IMG/VR virus record: IMGVR_UViG_3300045988_180880
Location: 96,001-160,000 of that record
Length of the DNA: 64,000 bases
Origin: a virus
Reading direction: 5' to 3' (one strand)
The notes under the pieces are model-generated. The model made no database searches, was not told the DNA's origin, and saw only the letters and a program-made list of their open reading frames with translations. The translations under genes were made by a program, and so were the position numbers. Shown here piece after piece: positions 52,136-61,116 of this stretch. Every line of letters begins with the position of its first letter. Positions within the stretch are counted from its first letter, which is position 1.

Positions 52136-52371
52136 TAAAAAGTAGTTGCCTAAATGATACTATGTTGTTTAGGAAAATCTTATTAAAATGCTGGAAAATT
52201 ACATCACATATATTTTCCGCCCATAATATAAAGGGAGGTTATAAAAAGTGATGGAGAATAAATCAGCAGAAATTATACTAAGATATAATTTTTCAACGAC
52301 TAAATATAAGACTAAGGGGAAGTTCCTTAGATGATATAGTCTATTTTTATATTAAATATATAGATATTCAG
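52136..52371 (+). ncRNA. ORF-less group I intron (236 nt) in the rusA-like gene
   Basis: P1 is CAAU (52132..52135) with GUUG (52145..52148), U.G at the splice site. P2 is CCUAAA/UUUAGG. P is aaaatgctggaaaat and Q is aaatcagcag. R is ttcaacgactaaat (52292..52305) and S is agatgatatagtc (52329..52341). Omega-G is at 52371. Confidence 0.75.
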
Positions 52372-52974
52372 TACTATAAGAATATAGAGGATATTTGGAC
52401 CAGATTTGTTAAAGAGGATCTGGGTATTGAGAGATATGACGACAATCTTCATGTTGAGATTTCTGCAGTTAAAAGTATTATCCCTAAATCTACTTCAGAA
52501 TATGCATGTTTATACTTAACTGAATCTACTTTTAACGTAAGACTTGATCAAGAAGACAAACCTAAACGTATTTTCTTGGGAGGTACTTGTGGTGGATCGG
52601 CCTGGAGAGATGAATTAATTCCAGAACTTGATAGACTCGGATTTGAATATTTTAATCCCGTTGTACCTGATTGGACTCCTGAATGTATAGAAAAAGAAAA
52701 CATCGAAAAATCCGAACTTTGTAATACACATCTCTATATCATAACCCCGGAGATGAGTGGTGTATATAGTATAGCAGAGATGGTTAATTCAGTTTGGGAA
52801 TGTTTATCAAAGGGATCTGGTTTTGTATGGATTGGAATTCTCGAAAGTGAATCTTGGGAACCTCATCAACTCAAATCACTTCAAGCAACTCTCGATCTAA
52901 TTAACAATATCGCCGATGGAAATAGTAGAATTAGAGCAAAGCTTATAAAAGAATCTAAAGAAATATTAACGTGA
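52372..52974 (+). CDS. rusA: RusA-like exon 2 continuing without a stop into a nucleoside 2-deoxyribosyltransferase-like domain
   Basis: The spliced junction DTSN|YYKNIEDIW matches E. coli RusA DLDNLQKAAFDAL, and ...YDDNLHVEISAVK...LYLTE matches LDDAQVV..VVK...LTITE. The frame then continues (STFNVRLDQEDKPKRIFLGGTCGGSAWRDEL...YSIAEM) with no in-frame ATG; the track uses the TTG at 52576. Confidence 0.6.
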   Translation, partial: YYKNIEDIWTRFVKEDLGIERYDDNLHVEISAVKSIIPKSTSEYACLYLTESTFNVRLDQEDKPKRIFLGGTCGGSAWRDELIPELDRLGFEYFNPVVPDWTPECIEKENIEKSELCNTHLYIITPEMSGVYSIAEMVNSVWECLSKGSGFVWIGILESESWEPHQLKSLQATLDLINNIADGNSRIRAKLIKESKEILT

Positions 52975-53921
52975 TGAGAGTAAAAAGAAATAATATTGTA
53001 GCAGTAAGAGTTTTTACTGGCAGAGATTTAATTGAAAAACTATACTCTGAAGGTTGGGAAGTAGAACAACGAGAATATGGATTACTTTCTGGAGTAAAAA
53101 AGTTATCAAAAGGAGCAATTAATGCTATTAGTGATTTAGGAGATAATTTAATAGTAAAGCCGATTAGTAGGTCGAAAATGGGAAAGAAAATTATCGATAA
53201 AACGCAAGATTCTATTGAAGATTCGTTAGATAAAAGAATTAAATTGGATAGAGAGATTAAGGAATTAGATAAATCCATTAAAGATCTATCTTTATCTAAT
53301 GAAGATTCAGCAAAATCTATCAAAAATAATTTAAAAAATGAAGCTGCTAAAAATAAAGCATATATACTTGAAGATAAAAGCAATACTTCAGGAAAATCTT
53401 TTGAAAATGGAACTATTGATATAAGAAATCCAGAAATAAAGAAAGCTGTTAGAAAAAAGCTTAAATTCGATGGTCGAAAAGATATGGAACATTTTAATAA
53501 TAGTAATGATTTAATTTTATTTAAAGAATCTTCAGGTAATCCAGCTTTAGCTCATGAGATTGGACATGTAATAAATAGAAATTCTAAAGGAAAGGCCGCA
53601 AAAATAGATAGAGAGGCTGAAAATATAATAGAAGAATTTCATAAACCAGCAGATTCTCCAGGAGGAAGAGATAATTCTAAAGGTCTGTGGAAATCAGTAA
53701 AAAGATTTTTCAAAGGTAAGAAAGTAGTAAATAATGAAAAGAATGCCTCTGAAAATGCTATTAAGCTATTGAAGGAATCTGGAGCAAGTGAGAATGAACT
53801 GAAACTTGCAAAAGAGAGTTTAGATAAATCCCTGGAGAGTTACAAAGAAGAACATAAAATGTATTATAAGTCTCCATTTATTAATAAACTTCAATCATTT
53901 AGGAAAAATAAGGAGAAATAA
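52971..53921 (+). CDS. putative zinc metallopeptidase (HExxH) with coiled-coil N-terminal half
   Basis: ALAHEIGHVINR is an HExxH motif. The first half is K/E-rich and predicted helical. Confidence 0.45.
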   Translation: MMRVKRNNIVAVRVFTGRDLIEKLYSEGWEVEQREYGLLSGVKKLSKGAINAISDLGDNLIVKPISRSKMGKKIIDKTQDSIEDSLDKRIKLDREIKELDKSIKDLSLSNEDSAKSIKNNLKNEAAKNKAYILEDKSNTSGKSFENGTIDIRNPEIKKAVRKKLKFDGRKDMEHFNNSNDLILFKESSGNPALAHEIGHVINRNSKGKAAKIDREAENIIEEFHKPADSPGGRDNSKGLWKSVKRFFKGKKVVNNEKNASENAIKLLKESGASENELKLAKESLDKSLESYKEEHKMYYKSPFINKLQSFRKNKEK

Positions 53922-53923
53922 TC

Positions 53924-54538
53924 ATGTTTGGTTGGAAAAGAAAGAAGGAAAAGGATCTAATGTATCAATCTTTGGAAGAGGAAATTAGATTCATCGGAAA
54001 AGATCTTGGAATTTATAACTATGGAGACTATAAGGTAGAAACATCTTATAAAGAAGCTACTGAGTTTGAAGATTTATTAAAGGAAGTTAGACATAAATTT
54101 TTCTATCTTGAAGAAAAATATAAAAACTATGAATTAAGTATATCACTTAGATCTTATTCATCCGCTAATCTTGTAGATTTAGATGAAATAGAGAATCGAA
54201 TTTTGAAAGATCATGAAGCAAGAGATATTTTTCTAGACTATATTGGGAGATATAAAAATAATGAGTTAAAATTAATGGATATAAATTTTAACTTACTATA
54301 TGATTTATCTATGAGATATGCTTATGATGTATTAAGGGCGTTAAACAGAATTGCAGAATCTGATTCAGATAAACTAATATTGTCAGATTGGGAAGAAAAT
54401 TTATCTCGTGTTGTAAAAAAACCTTATTATTATTCAAGTAATTATAGTGCAGAGGATCTTATGCCATATCTAGGACCTTACTTCATTGATCAAGAAGCAA
54501 GAGATTCGTTATATGAGTTTATTAGATGTAGAAGATAA
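53924..54538 (+). CDS. hypothetical protein
   Basis: 204-aa ORF with aaggag upstream of the ATG. Confidence 0.5.
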   Translation: MFGWKRKKEKDLMYQSLEEEIRFIGKDLGIYNYGDYKVETSYKEATEFEDLLKEVRHKFFYLEEKYKNYELSISLRSYSSANLVDLDEIENRILKDHEARDIFLDYIGRYKNNELKLMDINFNLLYDLSMRYAYDVLRALNRIAESDSDKLILSDWEENLSRVVKKPYYYSSNYSAEDLMPYLGPYFIDQEARDSLYEFIRCRR

Positions 54539-54543
54539 TAATA

Positions 54544-54933
54544 ATGAGTAATTCTAGAAATTATACAATATCTTTAGAGAAAAAATTAGGGATATTTAAT
54601 CATAAGTTATTTTATTTAAAAGATTATGTAAAAAGACTTGAAAGATTAGTAGAGAATTTAGATAATGTAACTTTTCATACTATTCCGGAAACCGGTAGGG
54701 AAGTGGATGAAGTTGTTGAAAAAATTAAAAATGAAAATCTGAATAGAGATATTATATATTCTCATATAATTAATAATGATTTTAACTTCGATCAAGAAAC
54801 TCTGAATAAGTGTGGTTATAATTTTATTAGAAGTATAGAATATTTAATCGAATTAATTAATGAAAAAGATAATTTATTTCTATGTTGTAATAGAGATAAT
54901 AAATTTTATACTAATCATTATCTTTATAGATAA
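54544..54933 (+). CDS. hypothetical protein
   Basis: 129-aa ORF. Confidence 0.5.
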   Translation: MSNSRNYTISLEKKLGIFNHKLFYLKDYVKRLERLVENLDNVTFHTIPETGREVDEVVEKIKNENLNRDIIYSHIINNDFNFDQETLNKCGYNFIRSIEYLIELINEKDNLFLCCNRDNKFYTNHYLYR

Positions 54934-55036
54934 TCTTTCAGATATTATATATAATGAGGAATATCAAAAAGCTTTAAAACTAGAAAATATAGAGCCAAAT
55001 CTAAATCAATGGACTAAATTTTTATACAGAAATTAG
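54860..55036 (+). CDS. small membrane protein, holin candidate (58 aa; below the ORF-track cutoff)
   Basis: ATG at 54860: MKKIIYFYVVIEIINFILIIIFIDNLSDIIYNEEYQKALKLENIEPNLNQWTKFLYRN. The otherwise 'non-coding' 54934..55036 has no stops in this frame. It lies directly upstream of the amidase. Confidence 0.4.
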   Translation: MKKIIYFYVVIEIINFILIIIFIDNLSDIIYNEEYQKALKLENIEPNLNQWTKFLYRN

Positions 55037-55132
55037 TATGTTTTACGTGTCCCAGAAGCTGTAAGACTCGTACTCAGTCTAGGACATGGAACAGCAGGAG
55101 ATTTTAAACCAGAAGAATAAATAAAATAGATT

Positions 55133-55732
55133 ATGACAAAAATATTATTAATACCAGCGCATCATAAAACTACTCCAGGAAAAAGAAGTCCTGATGGGAT
55201 TTTACGAGAGTATTCTTATTCTCGAGAAATTATTAGTGAGATGATAGAAAGATTGGGAGGCTTAGGATATGAAGCTATTAATCCTATACCTGAAACAGAA
55301 AAAGAATTATCTCTTAGTGAACAATGTAGAATAATTAATAAAATCTACGATGAATGTTCTGGGGATTGCTTCTGTATTTCGCCTCACTTAAATGCAGCAG
55401 GAAATGGTTCTGAATGGATGAATGCTAAAGGATGGAGTGCGTTTATTTATAGAGGAGCTGGACAGAAAACAAAAGAACTTGCTGGATGTTTAACGAAAGC
55501 GGCTGAAAAAGAAGGGATTAGAGTGCGTTATGAGTATCCTGGAGTTCCTTATTGGACTAGTGGATTTTATATTTGTAAGAACACTAAACCAAGTACAGTT
55601 TTGACAGAAAATCTCTTCCAAGATAACCGCGAAGATGTGGATTTCTTGTTATCAACCGAAGGAAAAGAAGCAATAGTTAATCTTCATGTCCAAGGAATTT
55701 TAGATTATATAAGTAAAATAAAAGAACAATGA
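55133..55732 (+). CDS. N-acetylmuramoyl-L-alanine amidase (Amidase_3-type endolysin)
   Basis: ILLIPAHHKTTPGKRSP...REYSYSREI...CISPHLNAAGNG...TENLFQDN fits the Zn-amidase_3 pattern (H...E...H). Confidence 0.75.
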   Translation: MTKILLIPAHHKTTPGKRSPDGILREYSYSREIISEMIERLGGLGYEAINPIPETEKELSLSEQCRIINKIYDECSGDCFCISPHLNAAGNGSEWMNAKGWSAFIYRGAGQKTKELAGCLTKAAEKEGIRVRYEYPGVPYWTSGFYICKNTKPSTVLTENLFQDNREDVDFLLSTEGKEAIVNLHVQGILDYISKIKEQ

Positions 55733-56739
55733 AATTATATAGTAAAACAGATTACATTGAGTATAAAACAAATCCACAGCCAGGAGATTACTTGGGGAAA
55801 ATCTTATCTGAATGTTTTGAAAATTTTTTAGAATCAGATAAGGAAGTTAGAGTATCAATCTTAGAAAATATACTTAAATACAAACTAACCCTAGAAGATA
55901 TGACTGAGGATTATCAAGCATGTTCAGTAGTATTATCTAAAAATTTTGATGAGATAACATATTCTTGGATAGCTGAACAGTTTGGATATACTCTCATCTC
56001 AAATCCTAGAAAAATCACAACGCCTGGAACACTTCTTGGATTTGAACTAGATATTGCTCATGGAAATTTACTGCCTGAAGAGAGTTATACTGGGGAATAC
56101 CTAAGTTGTGCCTATGAATCTTTAAGACGTAGGTTAATTATGAACTCTATAGGATGGGGTTGTACAGTGAGCAAGGAATTAGAGGATGCTAAGAAATGTA
56201 TGGAAAAGCGAATGAAAGTTTTTGAGAGATATTTTAGTGGGAATATTAAGTTTCCAGTATTTTCTCAACCTTTTATGAACTCTTCTTGGGATCCTGACTT
56301 CTATGGATTTTGTTATGGAGATGGAACTTACGGCGAATGGAACTACTCTTGGGCCGGCTTTATCGGGAGAGAATATCATGATTGGACAAGAGAAGATCAG
56401 ATTTATTTCTCATGTCTCTACGAAGCCACTGATCAATATTTGGAACATCATTTAAATATGCTCCCGACAATGATACGGCCCGAACTTTTATACTTCGCCG
56501 ATCTAAGTCTCTATTGTGGATGTTCTGGAATATGGGCATTTATGAATAGAGATATTTCTGGAGATGAAAAGAACTCCGAATTAAATAAACTTTACACCAG
56601 ATTAACAGCTCTAGGAAAAATTGAAGGAGCTGGAATGGAAGTATATAAAGAAATGGCAGAATCTTTAGGAAAACATGCTGCCAATTATTATGACCTAGAT
56701 GAGATACAGGAAATAATAGGTTATAGAATTTATTTGTAA
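55729..56739 (+). CDS. hypothetical protein
   Basis: 336-aa ORF with an ATGA overlap with the amidase gene. Confidence 0.55.
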   Translation: MKLYSKTDYIEYKTNPQPGDYLGKILSECFENFLESDKEVRVSILENILKYKLTLEDMTEDYQACSVVLSKNFDEITYSWIAEQFGYTLISNPRKITTPGTLLGFELDIAHGNLLPEESYTGEYLSCAYESLRRRLIMNSIGWGCTVSKELEDAKKCMEKRMKVFERYFSGNIKFPVFSQPFMNSSWDPDFYGFCYGDGTYGEWNYSWAGFIGREYHDWTREDQIYFSCLYEATDQYLEHHLNMLPTMIRPELLYFADLSLYCGCSGIWAFMNRDISGDEKNSELNKLYTRLTALGKIEGAGMEVYKEMAESLGKHAANYYDLDEIQEIIGYRIYL

Positions 56740-56761
56740 TAATTTAAAAACGTTTTTGATT

Positions 56762-57208
56762 ATGATTAATGATGCATTATTAAGTGGATCTGCCGCAGAT
56801 GGTGGACCCCAAGCTGGTCTTCCTGTTACGGAAGTAGTTAAAAGTCTTGATATTAAGAAGGATGCTACTATTCCTCAACCTCTTCCGACTGATGAAGAGA
56901 TTAATATCAAGGAATCAGAAAGTATTAAATTTGTAGTTGGTGAGTCTCTTGAAATGAAAATCGGGGAAGTTAAGTTTTTAGAACTTCGTCAGGAGCCATT
57001 TATTTCAAATCTCCCTTATGTAACTTATGAATCTAGTAATCTTAGGGTAGCTAGATTTATTGAAGATGGAGTTATTCTTGTTTGTTGTCCTGGAACAGTT
57101 AAAGTAACTGCAACAACTAGTGAAGATGTTAATAATCCACTAGTAGCTACTCTTACAATTACAGTAGTTGATCCTAATGCTCCTAAAGCAAGAAAGGGAA
57201 AAAAGTAA
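56762..57208 (+). CDS. Ig-like (Big_2-type) domain protein
   Basis: The C-terminal 90 aa (VGESLEMKIGE...VTYESSNLRVARFIEDGVILVCCPGTVKVTATTSED...ATLTITVV) resemble bacterial Ig-like group 2 domains. Confidence 0.55.
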   Translation: MINDALLSGSAADGGPQAGLPVTEVVKSLDIKKDATIPQPLPTDEEINIKESESIKFVVGESLEMKIGEVKFLELRQEPFISNLPYVTYESSNLRVARFIEDGVILVCCPGTVKVTATTSEDVNNPLVATLTITVVDPNAPKARKGKK

Positions 57209-57221
57209 AGTAGAACGTTAT

Positions 57222-57259
57222 AACCAAGCAGGAGGACTTATAAATCTTCTTGTTTGGTT
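57222..57259 (+). terminator. intrinsic terminator hairpin
   Basis: aaccaagcagga...tcttgtttggtt followed by tttgatttttg. Confidence 0.55.
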
Positions 57260-57278
57260 TTTGATTTTTGTAGAATAG

Positions 57279-57881
57279 ATGGCAAAAAAGAAAGAAAATA
57301 ATATAAATCACTTAGAGACATTTTACTTCTCAGATATTCCAACTCAACCTTATCCGGTGTATTCAATATCAGAATCTGGAAACTTATACTCTCTGAAAAA
57401 TATAGTATATCCAGGAAAATCAGCTAAAAAATTTACTCGTGCAAAACAATTAAAATGGAGATCTCAACAAGCTAGATTAGTAGATTTCTTAATAAACATA
57501 GATTATTTTTATCCATTAACTGTTTATAGGGAATTTCTAGTACCTATTCAAAATTCTCTTAGACTTCCTGGCATTTCTGGAGGTTTTTTCTTATTGGATT
57601 TTTATTTTTATGAATTATCCTTAGCATTAGAGTTGGATTCTGACTATCATAATCTAGACGCCGATAACCTTAGGGACGAATACTTGGAACAGCTTGGAAT
57701 AGAAGTCTTCAGAATATATAACTTAGAGAAAATTACAACACAGAAGGGTAAGTTTAAAGAATTTATAGCTCTTCTCAAATCTAAAGTTCCTGTTCAAAAT
57801 CCACGTCCCTTTGATTTCCTCGGCGACTTAAGAAAAAGAGAACAGGGAGGAGATAGTTCAGGGTTATGGAAAATCGATTAA
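57279..57881 (+). CDS. free-standing endonuclease-like protein with DUF559/Vsr-like PD-(D/E)xK domain
   Basis: FFLLDFYFYELSLALELDSDYHNLDADNLRDEYLEQLGIEVFRIYNLE is a strong DUF559-type pattern. Confidence 0.65.
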   Translation: MAKKKENNINHLETFYFSDIPTQPYPVYSISESGNLYSLKNIVYPGKSAKKFTRAKQLKWRSQQARLVDFLINIDYFYPLTVYREFLVPIQNSLRLPGISGGFFLLDFYFYELSLALELDSDYHNLDADNLRDEYLEQLGIEVFRIYNLEKITTQKGKFKEFIALLKSKVPVQNPRPFDFLGDLRKREQGGDSSGLWKID

Positions 57882-57957
57882 ACGCTTCCTAGTACCCTCG
57901 AGAATCTTATTATTGATAGTATATAATAAAATAGAAACTTTATTAAATTAACAGATC

Positions 57958-58539
57958 ATGAAAATTCAAAGAGGAGTAAACCCAGAAAGTAGAATGATAC
58001 AAATTACAGTTACTACACCATTATTAGCTGAATATTATAACAATTTTAGTGGTATGATTCGGAATAATAGTAGTAGTATTTCTGAGGGGGTTAATGTTGA
58101 AAGAGTAAACACCGATTCAGCTATGGTATCTTTTCCACTTCCATCAGATTCTCAAATGATAAATCATGGAGATAAAGCATTAGTTTCTATGCCTCCAGAG
58201 GTTGTAGATAAATTAAATGATGTAATAAATAAGTTTGTTAATTGTGGACTTCGGAAAACATTAAAAACAGTAGAATTCCTTCCACTTAACAACTATGAAT
58301 TATCAGGACTTCAGGAAGATATTAAATCTGCAATAGAGAATAAACGAAACTTTTGCATTCTCAGAGATTATAAAGAGTATCAAAAAATGTCGGAGGAGAG
58401 AAAGTATCAATTTACCCAAAAACTAATCAAATACGGTACCTCAGAATATGCAGATGTAGCTCTTCTAATTAATTCTGGAAAAATGGATGAACTTAGAAGA
58501 TGGTTAGATCCGCAGTTGAGTTATTGTGAATGGATTTAA
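57958..58539 (+). CDS. hypothetical protein
   Basis: 193-aa ORF. Confidence 0.5.
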   Translation: MKIQRGVNPESRMIQITVTTPLLAEYYNNFSGMIRNNSSSISEGVNVERVNTDSAMVSFPLPSDSQMINHGDKALVSMPPEVVDKLNDVINKFVNCGLRKTLKTVEFLPLNNYELSGLQEDIKSAIENKRNFCILRDYKEYQKMSEERKYQFTQKLIKYGTSEYADVALLINSGKMDELRRWLDPQLSYCEWI

Positions 58540-58557
58540 ATGATTATTAACTCTATA

Positions 58558-58590
58558 GTGTTTCCTCCAGGTTTTATATCAGAGGAACAC
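58558..58590 (+). terminator. intrinsic terminator hairpin
   Basis: gtgtttcctc-caggttttatatca-gaggaacac followed by ttttttattt. Confidence 0.6.
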
Positions 58591-58618
58591 TTTTTTATTT
58601 AATGATTTATTATAATAT

Positions 58619-59194
58619 ATGGAACAAATTAGTAATAATGTAATGGTACTGAATGTAGGAGATCAGATTCCTCCAGGTACCGAGGATGCACTAAAAATAC
58701 TATTGTTAGGTAGTATTGACTTAGGTCCTACAGGCGAGATGAATTGGCAGTCCAAATTTGTAGCTGGATTAGCTAATGCAGTAGATCCACAAAAAGGATT
58801 AATGAATCTATTTACAAAATATAATTACATAATTCTTAATAACTGGTATTCCCCACAAAACAAAGAAGCTAGTATTTTTAATCAAGAAATGGCTAATAAG
58901 TTTCAGTGGGAAAGAATGGCAATGGCTGCTGCAGACTGCATCTTTATAAACTTCTTGGGGAGATCTCAGAGTCCTATTCCTCTTTATCAGTTGGGATATT
59001 TAAATAATTCATCTAAACTTATCGTAAGATGTCCAGAGAATTATAAATACTATTCTTTAGTTAGAATGGCTTGTGATGCTAGTTCAGTTCCTCTAGTTGG
59101 TAGTAAGATGGGAACTGTAAATCAAATTCTTAGTCTTATGTTTAGTTTTATCCCTAAATTTCAAGAAGTAGGAAAAAATACATTACCAGAATAA
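58619..59194 (+). CDS. nucleoside 2-deoxyribosyltransferase-like (Rossmannoid) protein
   Basis: KILLLGSIDLG...NWQSKFVAGL...WERMAMAAADCIFINFLGRSQSPIPLYQLGYL resembles the NDT-like/DUF4406 layout. Weak call. Confidence 0.4.
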   Translation: MEQISNNVMVLNVGDQIPPGTEDALKILLLGSIDLGPTGEMNWQSKFVAGLANAVDPQKGLMNLFTKYNYIILNNWYSPQNKEASIFNQEMANKFQWERMAMAAADCIFINFLGRSQSPIPLYQLGYLNNSSKLIVRCPENYKYYSLVRMACDASSVPLVGSKMGTVNQILSLMFSFIPKFQEVGKNTLPE

Positions 59195-59200
59195 AAAAAA

Positions 59201-60421
59201 ATGAAAACACTTATTATTTTAAAGGGATTAGCAAAAAGTGAAAAGCTTGAATGGGTTAAATCTCAAGGTCTAGAAAATTTCTTTCTAGATTATTCTATTT
59301 TCAAGAGATTATATAGTATGCCTGAGTTAGATCGAGATAAAACAACTGATATCTTGGGAAGAACGAATATTAATCTCATCTTTAAGTCATGGTTTGAAGC
59401 AATTAATAATAAGCTCGAATCTGGATGTCTAGTTGTTATCGATTATGATCAGGAGAAAACAAAGATTTTGGAAGATATGGGTATGATTTATGGTTATACT
59501 TGTTTCTATAAAATCTTTAATATCCCTCACGACTATACATCAAATCCAGAAAAATATAGTCCAGTAGGGTTTAAAAAGAAGACGAAAGAAGAATTAGAGG
59601 CAGAAGTTATTACATTTTTAAATCTTCAGCTTGGATATACAAAGAAAATTGGAGGATACTCTGATGTTATGGATTACTGGAAGAAGAAAGAAGTAATTCT
59701 AGATATTCCAAGAAAAGAGACGATGTATTTTTTCTCTGATCTTCATTCCAATTATTCTCTCTATCAAAAAATTAATCTCCCTTCTGGAACAATAAGAGTA
59801 CATTTGGGAGATTATATTGATGGTCCAGAAGAAGGTGGATCTAGAAAACTTATAGAAATGATTTTTAAGAATGCATCATACTATAATATATTCTTAGAGG
59901 GAAATCATGAACGTAGACTTAGAAAATTTTTATTCTGGAGATGGGCTGCAAGTAGTAACTCAGGAGGAAGTAGAGCTATTATTGCCGAAATGCTTTATAA
60001 CTCACTTCCAACAGATTTTTTAACAACAACAGCTGACGAATTTAGATCTTTAACTCCAGGAGAAGCATTGACATGGTTAAATAGATTAAATGATATCTTG
60101 AAAACCCATATAATTATTAAAAAAGATGATACTGTTTTTTATTGTACACACGCTGGAATTAAATATCTTGAACAACTTAGTCCTAAATTTATAGGAAATG
60201 TTATCTATGGAAATCGAGATATGGATATTTATGATAAATGTTTCTCAAAAACTATATGGAAACCTACAGGAAGATGGTCGGTTCATGCTCATTGTAAGTA
60301 TCCAGATGGCGTTGATTTCCTTAAATATGATGGAGTAGTTAATCTAGATCCATCATGTGAAAAAGAAATAGTTTATATGGAAAATAACATTAAAAATTTT
60401 TTACCATGCATCGTACAGTAA
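59201..60421 (+). CDS. calcineurin-like metallophosphoesterase with N-terminal kinase-like domain (Pnkp-like layout)
   Basis: Metallophosphoesterase motifs FFSDLHSN, HLGDYIDGPEEG, LEGNHERR and CTHAG. The N-terminal 170 aa start TLIILKGLAKSEK, a degenerate P-loop. Confidence 0.65.
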   Translation: MKTLIILKGLAKSEKLEWVKSQGLENFFLDYSIFKRLYSMPELDRDKTTDILGRTNINLIFKSWFEAINNKLESGCLVVIDYDQEKTKILEDMGMIYGYTCFYKIFNIPHDYTSNPEKYSPVGFKKKTKEELEAEVITFLNLQLGYTKKIGGYSDVMDYWKKKEVILDIPRKETMYFFSDLHSNYSLYQKINLPSGTIRVHLGDYIDGPEEGGSRKLIEMIFKNASYYNIFLEGNHERRLRKFLFWRWAASSNSGGSRAIIAEMLYNSLPTDFLTTTADEFRSLTPGEALTWLNRLNDILKTHIIIKKDDTVFYCTHAGIKYLEQLSPKFIGNVIYGNRDMDIYDKCFSKTIWKPTGRWSVHAHCKYPDGVDFLKYDGVVNLDPSCEKEIVYMENNIKNFLPCIVQ

Positions 60422-61116
60422 TATTAACAGTAAAAAGTAAAGACTTAGGAAAAGTATTAAGTTCTTTAGAGATGAATAAAGACTTCGAAGAGAATACTAC
60501 ATTAACTCTTAGTATTGATATTGAAGATACAAAGAAAAATTATCAAGTTCTTTGTGGATCTCCTGAAGTTTTGGAATGGGACTTTATTGAGGAAGATAAA
60601 TCAGAGGATGATGAAGTCGTACAGGAAACAAAAGATAATTACAAAAAGTCAGTAAATCCTGTAACTGATATAGAAGAAGCGATAAAAACTGTTAAGGAGA
60701 GTCTTAATAAGGAAAAGTCTTTATGGCCTGATAATATATATTCAGTTGCCGTAAATACAGGAAAAACTCTTGGGTATCTTGAAGAATATATTAAAACTTA
60801 TGACGACATAATTGAATTTATCTTAATATCTTGGAGATTATCAAAAAAATTTCCCAAGTATTCAGTAGATTTTGTTCAAGAATATATCCTCCCAGCAATT
60901 ATCCAAAATCAAACAGATATTTCAGAAGTATCAAGCTTAGATCGAAAAATTCCTCTCCTAATTACATCTTATTATTCTGGAGTTAAAACAACAAAAGAAG
61001 TACTTAAAGATGTGATTAGAAAAGTTCAAGAATCATGGGAGATTATGAAAGAAACTGAAGATGTAGTTTCTTTAGTTACATTATTGTTTAGTGGTAAAAA
61101 AATAGTAATGTCATGA
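60406..61116 (+). CDS. hypothetical protein
   Basis: 236-aa ORF. Confidence 0.5.
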   Translation: MHRTVILTVKSKDLGKVLSSLEMNKDFEENTTLTLSIDIEDTKKNYQVLCGSPEVLEWDFIEEDKSEDDEVVQETKDNYKKSVNPVTDIEEAIKTVKESLNKEKSLWPDNIYSVAVNTGKTLGYLEEYIKTYDDIIEFILISWRLSKKFPKYSVDFVQEYILPAIIQNQTDISEVSSLDRKIPLLITSYYSGVKTTKEVLKDVIRKVQESWEIMKETEDVVSLVTLLFSGKKIVMS

